From: Nitrososphaerales archaeon
GTDB taxonomy: Archaea; Thermoproteota; Nitrososphaeria; Nitrososphaerales; JACPRH01
Reading direction: 5' to 3'
Length of the DNA stretch: 45,649 nt
NCBI GenBank assembly: GCA_036514475.1
Contig: DATBXD010000234.1
Location: forward strand, 1-45,649
Every line of letters begins with the position of its first letter. Position 1 is the first letter of the stretch. A program made the position numbers and the translations under genes. The notes below the pieces were generated by a model. It had not been told where the DNA came from, ran no database searches, and saw only the letters and a program-made list of their open reading frames with translations. Shown here in pieces: positions 27,709 to 35,729 of this stretch.

Positions 27709-30402
27709 TTAGGATTTTGATGCAATTGATCTTCTGGCGACAAATGACACTATTAGAATAATAATCGCTGAGATTAACAGTGGAACAAGATAGCGTGTAG
27801 TTACATTGTCAGCTATCGTTACATCCACTGGTGTTGAAATTGTCCTTAAAGTATCTCCTTCGTAAACGTATTGTAACGTAGGAGAAGCGATTGTTAGGAA
27901 CGCAGGACCTGGAACTAGAATTGTTGCTTCTCGCGTTTCAGACATGTTCGCGTCAATATCTTTTGATGATATTTGCAATGAACCTATCTTAACTTGCATC
28001 TCACGTGGAAGATCTATCTTTACATTAACATCTTTAACATCAACTGGAGAATTATTTTCCACAGTAATCACAACGTTGAAAACTTCGTTTTCCAGAGGAA
28101 CGACGGGGTTTATCTTGAGTTTTACTGAGAGCGGTATGAATATTGTTACGGGATAAGATCCTGATGATTTAGATTCCCTATGACCTGATAAAGTGAAGTT
28201 AACAATAGCTTCTGATGAAGAGAAAGCACCTGGTTTCAAAAGGTTAGCTCTATTACTCGATCCCAGTTTTTCCCCTGCGCCTAGAGTGTCTGCTGAATAA
28301 GTAGACTTTCCTTCCAACATTCTTAAGAATGAATCTGAACCCCTTCCAAAATCAACATTAAAAATTGGATTGGCATCTTTGTTTTCGACCTTGGCTTCGA
28401 CTGTAATGTTGGCACCTGCAAAGTGAGCGTTAGGAGCGTAATTCTTACTGACCTTCACACCAAGGGGTAATAGTTTTGATTGACTTAACCGGGTTATCGT
28501 TGATTGACCTTGCTCAACTGAAATCTCGGTTGGCTCGAATAGATAATTCTCATCTGGATTTGAAATAGTAGCTGTATATTCAATAGTCTTCACATCACCA
28601 GGTTTTAGATCTATAATCTGAGCTGAAAGATCTGTGTTTTTCAAGCTGTAGTTACCATTGAGAAACACTATATTATTAGGCATTTTCTCTTTTAGAGAGA
28701 TCTTATCCAAAGTAATTGAACCAATGTTGAATATTGTCAGTGTGGAGTTCACAATATTGTTGCCGCTATTAGCTGACGAAACAACACTTCGGTCAATAAA
28801 GAAGTATGGAATAGTATTGCCAATTAACGCGTATTGTAGCATAACATTGTTTGAGATAGCGCTTTCTTTCCGTCCGGCTTCACCCCAAGTTACAGACCAG
28901 GTTTTGTTTACATATGTTTCTTTGAGCGATGCCGACGTGAGGTTAAGTTGAAGCCGCCAAATGTCTCCTGAGAGTAAACTTTGTCTTAGGTTACCGTCAA
29001 GATATAGATTAGTTGCGTGCCCGTTACCTATGTTTCTTACTGTAATGTTTACAGGTGTGATTCCCATGATAGAGGTGTAAGATTCTTTAATTGAGGCATC
29101 AATACTTAAGACTGCACTAATGTCATTTAATATTAACTTCTGTTGATTAAATCTTGTTGATTTCTTAATTTCTGATTGGTCTGCTTTATACGTGTAAAAA
29201 ATCGAGGTTGCAGGAGCGGTAACCTCACTTTTGTCTGAAGTTAAAAGTTTTAGTTTATAGGCTAATGTAAACTCGCCGCCGGGACCGAGGTGACCAATAC
29301 TTCTGCTAAATTGACCATCTACTAATTCGAATTTCTTCGATTCTTTCCACCAGTCGTCAGAAACAGTTATGTTTTCCACTGAAAGTGAACCAACGGGAGC
29401 AACGTTTCTCACCTTTACACCTATTGTAACAACGTCGCCTTGGTTTAAAGTGCCTCTGTCAAAGCTGCGCATTGCTATTAGTGAAGGGAAACTTTGAGAT
29501 ACTTCAACTGACATATCTGGAAAGAAATATCCTTTTGGAACAACTACACGTGAACGTGATGAAGTGTTTTCGGGGAAATTAGTGATAGAAATAGTGGATC
29601 TTGAAATATTGCTTGTACCTAGACTTACATAGTTTTCTAAACCACCATAGGTTCTTACGATTATGGATGATTCAGAAGTAACTGGAGAAGTTTTCGTCGT
29701 ATTAATTGTATTAAATAGTCTTGCTATCGGAAATTGATTATCGGCAGAGACGACATTTGTATTTAATCCGCCTATTGATACAGTGTGTACGAACCCGTCG
29801 CCTATTCGCTCACCTGAGAATTTGAAAACTGGGACACCTCTATTTGCGAAGAAAGTATCCTTACCAAGTATCCTAGCCAATCCGTCGTATTGATAAGGTA
29901 CAGAGTCCCAAAGCAAATCTTTTACAAGCTCTAGATCCATGTGTGAGTAGAAAGTGTATAAACCTGGTGAGGAAGAATAACTTGAAAAACTTAGATAAAG
30001 AAGATCATCTAATGAATTGGCAAGTTTTTTCGCTGAATCAGAATTTGCTGCATTAACTTTAAGGAAAATACCTGAGGACGGTGTAGAATCAAACCCAATT
30101 AAATTATAACCTGAGTTTGAAAAAAGCTCAAATTCGGGGGACCAGTTTGATGAGTCTAAGAACGATAAAGAGTAGCTAGACACATCGCTTGCAACACTTT
30201 CAATCCCATTTATTCCAGCTAAAGTAATATTACCACCTTTCATTTTGATCATCCAAAATATTGATGATCCGATGATATCTACCGATAATTCTTCGGAATA
30301 GGTGCTTGCTGAGTATGCCAGTGGAGTATAGGTTGTGAAAATAGCAGTAATCAATAGTAATACTATAAAGACGCTTGAAACTTTAGAAGATATCGACATC
30401 AC
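27709..30402 (-). CDS. Large secreted, C-terminally membrane-anchored surface protein with CARDB/DUF11-like repeats (candidate S-layer or surface glycoprotein)
   Basis: Signal/TM peptide VFIVLLLITAIFTTYTPLAYS and C-terminal TM LVPLLISAIIILIVSFV followed by ARRSIASKS. Repeated beta-sandwich-like modules (VTIGVKVRNVAPVG, ITVRNIGNGHATNL, ITVEAKVENKDANP, VVITVENNSPVDV) and many N-x-S/T sequons. The likely start is ATG 30399. Confidence 0.7.
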   Translation of the reverse strand: MMSISSKVSSVFIVLLLITAIFTTYTPLAYSASTYSEELSVDIIGSSIFWMIKMKGGNITLAGINGIESVASDVSSYSLSFLDSSNWSPEFELFSNSGYNLIGFDSTPSSGIFLKVNAANSDSAKKLANSLDDLLYLSFSSYSSSPGLYTFYSHMDLELVKDLLWDSVPYQYDGLARILGKDTFFANRGVPVFKFSGERIGDGFVHTVSIGGLNTNVVSADNQFPIARLFNTINTTKTSPVTSESSIIVRTYGGLENYVSLGTSNISRSTISITNFPENTSSRSRVVVPKGYFFPDMSVEVSQSFPSLIAMRSFDRGTLNQGDVVTIGVKVRNVAPVGSLSVENITVSDDWWKESKKFELVDGQFSRSIGHLGPGGEFTLAYKLKLLTSDKSEVTAPATSIFYTYKADQSEIKKSTRFNQQKLILNDISAVLSIDASIKESYTSIMGITPVNITVRNIGNGHATNLYLDGNLRQSLLSGDIWRLQLNLTSASLKETYVNKTWSVTWGEAGRKESAISNNVMLQYALIGNTIPYFFIDRSVVSSANSGNNIVNSTLTIFNIGSITLDKISLKEKMPNNIVFLNGNYSLKNTDLSAQIIDLKPGDVKTIEYTATISNPDENYLFEPTEISVEQGQSTITRLSQSKLLPLGVKVSKNYAPNAHFAGANITVEAKVENKDANPIFNVDFGRGSDSFLRMLEGKSTYSADTLGAGEKLGSSNRANLLKPGAFSSSEAIVNFTLSGHRESKSSGSYPVTIFIPLSVKLKINPVVPLENEVFNVVITVENNSPVDVKDVNVKIDLPREMQVKIGSLQISSKDIDANMSETREATILVPGPAFLTIASPTLQYVYEGDTLRTISTPVDVTIADNVTTRYLVPLLISAIIILIVSFVARRSIASKS

Positions 30403-30423
30403 TCATTCCTGCCCTGACATAAT

Positions 30424-30433
30424 CTATAAAAAG
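30424..30433 (-). promoter_or_regulatory. Candidate TATA box for the surface-protein gene
   Basis: The minus strand reads CTTTTTATAG, centred about 29 nt upstream of ATG 30399. This implies an own leaderless promoter despite radA lying immediately upstream. Confidence 0.4.
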
Positions 30434-30507
30434 ATGACATGATTTCAATTTGATCCATCGATTCAACTGAGAATCTTACAGACACCACTTTTGAAATGAA
30501 CATAGAG

Positions 30508-31515
30508 TTAGCCTCTTCTAGATGGAGCATCATCAGGAACATCAGATATACCCATTTCATTAAGAACGAATACGGCTTCTTGCTCAGGATGATAGGGGCT
30601 GTCAATCATCTTTGCGATTCTGTTCTTACCAGCTTTTCTAAGGTATACTCTGTATGTGCTATTGTGTCCAACTACGTGTCCACCTGTTGGCTTATTGGGG
30701 TCCCCGAAAAACGTATCTGGAGTCGATTGAACTTGGTTAGTCACTATGACGGCAAGCGCGCGTGTTTCAGAGATTCTAGATAAGAGATGCATAAATCTGT
30801 TTAGCCTCTGTTGCCGCTCAGAGAGGTTAGCACGTCCTAGAAACTCGGCTCTGAAATGCGCAACTGCCGAATCGATTATCACTAGCTTTATTCGCTCCTT
30901 ATCTAAGACTTTGCCGAGTTCGTTTACAATTAGCTCTTGATGTGAACTGTTATAGGCTTTCGCGACAGTTATTCTCGACAGGATTTTGTCAGGGTCTAAG
31001 CCTCTGGCAGTAGCTATTCCGACTATTCTCTCAGGTCTGAAAGTGTTTTCTGTGTCAACGTATATTGCTCCAGCGTCTAAACCACCCTGATCTTTAGGAA
31101 GCTGCACAGTTATGCATGCGGTGTGGCATAGCTGAGTCTTTCCTGAACCGAATTCACCATAGAACTCGGAAACAGCTTGTGTCTCGATGCCGCCTCCAGT
31201 AAGAGTATCAAGACTACGAACACCTGTTGTAAATCGCTCGATTGCTAGGCGCTTCTTGTATATCTCAGTAGCTGAAACAAAATCCTTCTCAAGAATACCG
31301 GCTTCCACTATTTTTAGTCTAGCTTTATTGCACAAATCTGTTGCCCTAACTAGGTCAGTACTTGTACGGTCAGCTATGTCACTTGGGCTTCTAACTGCTA
31401 GATCAAGTATCGTATAAATGCCGCCGTCGTTTAACTTCTTTCTTGTAGCTGGACCTAGACCTTGCAGAGACTCTAGGTCTGTATCCAAATCGACTATACT
31501 GGGTTCATCACTCAT
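30508..31515 (-). CDS. radA: DNA repair and recombination protein RadA
   Basis: N-terminal HhH domain, Walker A GEFGSGKTQ, Walker B LVIIDS, and VIVTNQV...GGHVVGH. Confidence 0.95.
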   Translation of the reverse strand: MSDEPSIVDLDTDLESLQGLGPATRKKLNDGGIYTILDLAVRSPSDIADRTSTDLVRATDLCNKARLKIVEAGILEKDFVSATEIYKKRLAIERFTTGVRSLDTLTGGGIETQAVSEFYGEFGSGKTQLCHTACITVQLPKDQGGLDAGAIYVDTENTFRPERIVGIATARGLDPDKILSRITVAKAYNSSHQELIVNELGKVLDKERIKLVIIDSAVAHFRAEFLGRANLSERQQRLNRFMHLLSRISETRALAVIVTNQVQSTPDTFFGDPNKPTGGHVVGHNSTYRVYLRKAGKNRIAKMIDSPYHPEQEAVFVLNEMGISDVPDDAPSRRG

Positions 31516-31567
31516 AGATTCAACACTTTCTGTTCATCGATGTCAATAAGTAATATTAATTAACTTT

Positions 31568-32785
31568 TTAAAATAAAGTTACTTTCCCGTCAAGTATTAG
31601 TGGCGTTATCTTCATTATGTTCGCAATTTCGTTGTCCATTATAAAGTTTATTTCGCTTTGAACACTTGCTAGAGAGACACCTTTTTCGAGAACCACTGCT
31701 GAGCTGCAAACCTGTGGTTGATCTATAGGTTCACCGATCCTGCTGAGCATTCTAACATAGATTTCTCTAACCCCTTTAACTTCTGAAACTATCTTGTCGG
31801 CAATAATCTGGGATAAGACGTTGTACAGTTTTCCTGTGTGGTTTACAGGGTTCTTTCCAGCTGATGCTTCCATTGAGTATTGACGCATTGAAGTAATAAG
31901 TCCATTATGCCTGTTTCCTCGACCTGTATTTCCATCATCACCAGCCTCAGCTGAGGTTCCTGTCACGGTTAAGTAGTAAATACCGAGTTTGGGACTGTCT
32001 CCAGCGTTTACTCTTACTTTTACATCCAATTCAGTAATTCTAGAAGATAAGTCTTCTACTTTCTTTGTCACATCTTCAACAACGCTCCTGTAATGATCCT
32101 CGTCGGGCATAAAACGGCTTATCATTGCGCTTGCCACTGTTAGTTCTACTGTATCGTTTCTTCTGTATGCCATTACTTTGATATCTTCACCGACTTCAGG
32201 TAGTTTCTTCTTTAGGTTAGATGAGTTCAACAAGTGCTCAGTTTCAAGTACGAGCTTTTCCGTTGGTGAGAGGGGGGCGAAGCCGACACCGATTGAAGTA
32301 TCGTTCCCCAGTGGTATACCTGCTGAGCTGTTGAATATCGCCATCAGATCTGATGACCCTTCTTTTATTCGGTATTCGATATGTGTATCTCTGTCAACGT
32401 CAATGAAGCGAATAGACATCTTAAGAAAGTCACGTATAGCTGAAGTCGTTAGTTTGCCTATAGGGATATCTTCGAATCCACCGTCAACCTTTACTTTAGA
32501 AACTGCGCGTCCTGCGACCATAACTAGAATGGGTTCAATCACTTCGCCTCCTCCAAAACGTGGGTTTGACTTTCCCCCTACGAGAAGACCCTTGTCGACG
32601 TTATGGTGAAGTATCCGGCCATATTCTTTTAAATAGTGCTTTGACAGTGCTTTTGAAACTGCTTCTGATGAACCGTCGATTATGGTATCTGGGTGGCCTT
32701 TACCTTTCCGCTCAACTATCTCAACTTCGAGATCTGAAATAGGTTTGCAGTTAAGAGTCTCAATATGAATATTTCTTTTCTGCAA
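31568..32785 (-). CDS. mat: S-adenosylmethionine synthetase, archaeal type
   Basis: VERKGKGHPDTIIDG N-terminal signature at about 400 aa length. TTG start. Confidence 0.9.
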   Translation of the reverse strand: MQKRNIHIETLNCKPISDLEVEIVERKGKGHPDTIIDGSSEAVSKALSKHYLKEYGRILHHNVDKGLLVGGKSNPRFGGGEVIEPILVMVAGRAVSKVKVDGGFEDIPIGKLTTSAIRDFLKMSIRFIDVDRDTHIEYRIKEGSSDLMAIFNSSAGIPLGNDTSIGVGFAPLSPTEKLVLETEHLLNSSNLKKKLPEVGEDIKVMAYRRNDTVELTVASAMISRFMPDEDHYRSVVEDVTKKVEDLSSRITELDVKVRVNAGDSPKLGIYYLTVTGTSAEAGDDGNTGRGNRHNGLITSMRQYSMEASAGKNPVNHTGKLYNVLSQIIADKIVSEVKGVREIYVRMLSRIGEPIDQPQVCSSAVVLEKGVSLASVQSEINFIMDNEIANIMKITPLILDGKVTLF

Positions 32786-32800
32786 AAATGCACACTATTT

Positions 32801-33043
32801 CTATAATAGATTTTCTTCAATCATTATGAATAGGACGTTATTGCCACGAATAACCACTTTGCCATAGTGCGCGACCAGGGCGTCGTTGTAAAGCTCATCA
32901 GCATCCGCGAGAATTACATTCATGTATTGATCTATGTTTACAGCTTTACCTCTATATTCATAGTCACTTTTCAGACGAACCGATACGTTCTTATTAATTA
33001 TTCTTTGTAGAGAATTCAAAGGTTTTTTTATAGTGGTAGACAA
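32801..33043 (-). CDS. Sm-like archaeal protein (LSm/SmAP)
   Basis: Sm1 motif VSVRLKSDYEYRGKAVNIDQYMNVIL and Sm2 motif VVIRGNNVLFI. TTG start. Confidence 0.85.
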   Translation of the reverse strand: MSTTIKKPLNSLQRIINKNVSVRLKSDYEYRGKAVNIDQYMNVILADADELYNDALVAHYGKVVIRGNNVLFIMIEENLL

Positions 33044-33112
33044 AACTTAACGCCTCTTGACGCTACGAGAGATTCGTTGTGTGTAATAAAAGTATTGTGG
33101 GTATGTAAAAGC

Positions 33113-33210
33113 CTTAGGAGTTACGCGGTTGGGAGTGTTTCCTCTGCTCCTCGCCTATAAGAGTTGTGTAACGCTTATATGTTTAGACGGTCAACCGCGT
33201 AACTCCTAAG
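33113..33210 (-). repeat. Perfect 19-bp inverted repeat enclosing a 60-nt structured core (candidate RNA element or terminator)
   Basis: CTTAGGAGTTACGCGGTTG (33113-33131) is exactly complementary to CAACCGCGTAACTCCTAAG (33192-33210). On the minus strand the element begins 5 nt after the nucS stop and is followed by GC+TTTT. Confidence 0.8.
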
Positions 33211-33214
33211 CCTA

Positions 33215-33988
33215 TTAAAGATGTTTATCGAGCCTTTCTGTGTGTTGCAGTCTATCTTTTGACAATAATTCGGCACACAATTTCAAGTCTAAAGTTCTAT
33301 ATTCTATCGATAAAGTTTTCGCAAGCTTCTTTGCATTAGGTCTTATTCGGGGGGCCATTATTATGCCTCTGACGTTATCTGAAGTATGCCTAATATTGGA
33401 GACATATTTGTAAACTTGATTGATAGATTCGTTATCGGCGTCAACTCTTTTTACTTCAACCACAACGTAGTTTCCATCCGCGTCATAACCAGTGATGTCT
33501 GCTCTTCCAAGTCCAAGAGCAGTTTGTTGCGACGAAACCCTGAACCCTGGAGCGATTAAGCGAGGGTTTGCAATCAATACTTTGTAAACCTCCTGTTCAG
33601 TCAAAAGCATTTCTAGAGGAGCTTCATCAATAAGTGAAAACGCTGAAACGAGAAGTACCGCCCTGCATTCGACAATTAACGTTTCTCTTGGTCTTCGTCT
33701 ATCAGCCCTAATTGTAAGTAGAGCTGCGGTGCGTCCGAGTGATATGAAACATCCGGGTGGTTGCCAATTTACTGCATCGTAACCCTTGTTCCTGTGGATA
33801 AGAACGCTTCCATCTGGCTTTAATATTACAAGTCTTTCTCCCCAGTTAAGTGTTGAGGAAGATCTACCAAAGTAGTTTACTTTGCAGCTTGTAGCAATTT
33901 GTGTTATGACTTTCTTAGATATGGCTTCGCGCAGTATTTCTTCCACTTCATTTAGACTTGGTCGTATTTTCACTTTTAAATAATGCAT
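33215..33988 (-). CDS. nucS: Endonuclease NucS (EndoMS, mismatch-specific)
   Basis: N-terminal half-barrel domain (LVILKPDGSVLIH, NWQPPG) and a RecB-like nuclease core (GRADITGYDADGNYVVVEVKR). Confidence 0.9.
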   Translation of the reverse strand: MHYLKVKIRPSLNEVEEILREAISKKVITQIATSCKVNYFGRSSSTLNWGERLVILKPDGSVLIHRNKGYDAVNWQPPGCFISLGRTAALLTIRADRRRPRETLIVECRAVLLVSAFSLIDEAPLEMLLTEQEVYKVLIANPRLIAPGFRVSSQQTALGLGRADITGYDADGNYVVVEVKRVDADNESINQVYKYVSNIRHTSDNVRGIIMAPRIRPNAKKLAKTLSIEYRTLDLKLCAELLSKDRLQHTERLDKHL

Positions 33989-34073
33989 GTTTTTTGCAAC
34001 CGTTTCGATTAGCTTTTTGCCTTAATGGTCTTACCGGTGACTAGTTTAAATTGAACATACTTTAAGTTGGGAA

Positions 34074-34997
34074 ATGACAAAGTTGGTGGTTTTAGCTCTT
34101 GACGATATTGAATGGATTTCGGATGAATTATTGTCTTACTTAAAGAGCAAGGGACTTGTGACGATTTTAGATCTTGTTTCATCACCAATTAGTATCTTAA
34201 GGGAGTTTGGATTGAGTAATATAGATTCGACGAGATTAATTGAAAGGTCTTTTGAGAATTTGGATAATTGCAAACGTGGAACCGATGTAAATAGGATTGG
34301 CATGAGTCGTTTGAAAATATCAACGGGATCTTTAGCTGTTGACTCAATTCTTGGTGGCGGGGTCTCAACAGGTAGAGTCACTGATTTCTTCGGAGAAAGT
34401 GGTACAGGCAAAACTCAGCTATGCTTTCAGATTTGCCTTAATACGCAGTTACTCAGTGGAGATCGCAAAGATGTTGTTTTTGTAGATACAGCTGGAACGT
34501 TTAGACCTGAGCGTATCTCCGAAATATCCTCAGGAATTCTTGATAGGAATATACTTTTTCGGAATATCTTTTTAGTTACGGCTAGGACATCTCACGAACA
34601 AGTTGAAGTCCTTCGCAATATCAAGAATTTTGATTCACCTACAGGTGTAAGAACATTGATAATAGATACATTAACAGAGAACTTCGTTTATGATTACCAA
34701 GACGATAAGAATTTAGTAGGACGACAGTCGGCACTCGCTCGTCATCTTCATGACTTAGCTATAACGGCGATAGATGACGATATTGCAGTCATCGTCACTA
34801 ACACTGTGAGATCAAGATTATCGGATGGGAAAGACAGTACGTTAGTTGAGACTGGAGGCTTGACTGTTTCCCATGGGGCTCATGTTAGAGTACGGTTGGA
34901 GAAAGTAAAAGGAGAACTAACTGCAAGTATGGATAATACTGACTTGAGCGCACGATTTAAGATAGGGAAAAAAGGGATAGAGGATGTGGTGATCTAG
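34074..34997 (+). CDS. Divergent full-length RadA/Rad51-family paralogue
   Basis: HhH-like N-domain (LVTILDLVSSPISILREFGLS), Walker A GESGTGKTQ, Walker B TLIIDTL, and VIVTNTV...GGLTVSHGAHVRVRLEK, which parallels the RadA encoded at 30508-31515. Confidence 0.8.
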   Translation: MTKLVVLALDDIEWISDELLSYLKSKGLVTILDLVSSPISILREFGLSNIDSTRLIERSFENLDNCKRGTDVNRIGMSRLKISTGSLAVDSILGGGVSTGRVTDFFGESGTGKTQLCFQICLNTQLLSGDRKDVVFVDTAGTFRPERISEISSGILDRNILFRNIFLVTARTSHEQVEVLRNIKNFDSPTGVRTLIIDTLTENFVYDYQDDKNLVGRQSALARHLHDLAITAIDDDIAVIVTNTVRSRLSDGKDSTLVETGGLTVSHGAHVRVRLEKVKGELTASMDNTDLSARFKIGKKGIEDVVI

Positions 34998-35489
34998 TTG
35001 TCATCTATTTACACAGAAGATGATATCAAGAAGTTTTTCGAAACTATTTTGTCAAATAACATAGCTGAGGCTAAGAGTATTCTTAAAGAAACACATGTTG
35101 CCAGTAATAACAAGGAGTATGGGAGATTTCTAGCTGCTAAAGGCATATTTTTGATGCGTGAAGGTGGAATTACAATAGATAATGTTTTTCAAAACAGAGA
35201 AAAATTAATTCGTTTGAAGAAGATTTTGTTGGAGAAAAAACATTCACCTTGGATAGATGAGGTTGAGGTGAGTTATTTTGACACAATTAATAAATTCATT
35301 AACATGTTAATTCGTCAATCAACTGAAGCCACAGCTAAAGATTCAACTGAAACTAACATTACCGAAACTTTAGAGAACACAACTGATGATACAATTGGCA
35401 ACACTGGTGATAATTCAACTCAAGCCAACACGGAGTATAGTATAGACCAAGATCCAGGTAAAGAGAAAGAAAGCGATATAGCTTCCTAG
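34998..35489 (+). CDS. Hypothetical protein with a helical N-domain and an acidic, Thr/Asn-rich disordered tail
   Basis: The TTG start directly abuts the TAG stop of the RadA paralogue. 163 aa with tail TEATAKDSTETNITETLENTTDDTIGNTGDNSTQANTEYSIDQDPGKEKESDIAS. Confidence 0.5.
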   Translation: MSSIYTEDDIKKFFETILSNNIAEAKSILKETHVASNNKEYGRFLAAKGIFLMREGGITIDNVFQNREKLIRLKKILLEKKHSPWIDEVEVSYFDTINKFINMLIRQSTEATAKDSTETNITETLENTTDDTIGNTGDNSTQANTEYSIDQDPGKEKESDIAS

Positions 35490-35696
35490 CCCAGTGGTTA
35501 GCATTTTGTTTTTCACTGGAAAATCATTTGCCATCGTGAAGCGCACTAGATAATAGGATAGCATGTAGATGAACAAGCCGAATAACGCTCCATCTGAGCC
35601 TGGCAATCCATAATTGGCGGTGAGTAGACCTGAGAGTGTTCCTGCTATGATCGCAATCAAAACTCTTAACCAAAAGACTTTATCAACTGGCAGCAT
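35415..35696 (-). CDS. Small multi-pass membrane protein, EMC6-like (tentative)
   Basis: 93 aa with hydrophobic segments LRVLIAIIAGTLSGLL, ALFGLFIYMLSYYLV and GLGSYIAFFLFTWILVYTIL. The pattern resembles the EMC6/Rab5ip family as I recall it. Confidence 0.6.
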   Translation of the reverse strand: MLPVDKVFWLRVLIAIIAGTLSGLLTANYGLPGSDGALFGLFIYMLSYYLVRFTMANDFPVKNKMLTTGLGSYIAFFLFTWILVYTILRVGLS

Positions 35697-35729
35697 GTCT
35701 TAAATCATCTTATTGTGACGTGTTGAATA

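Noticed and set aside
30399-30605. 68-aa same-strand ORF bridging radA and the surface-protein gene, including a 34-aa sub-ORF starting at ATG 30503 and ending in an ATGA-type overlap
   Set aside because: The long version overlaps the radA C-terminus out of frame. The short version spans the surface-protein promoter (TATA at 30424-30433) and has no recognisable features. It is most likely non-coding, though a small upstream ORF cannot be excluded without ribosome profiling.
33113-33210. Interpretation of the 19-bp inverted repeat as a MITE
   Set aside because: There are no flanking target-site duplications and no second copy within this window. This is kept as an open alternative in the findings rather than called a mobile element.
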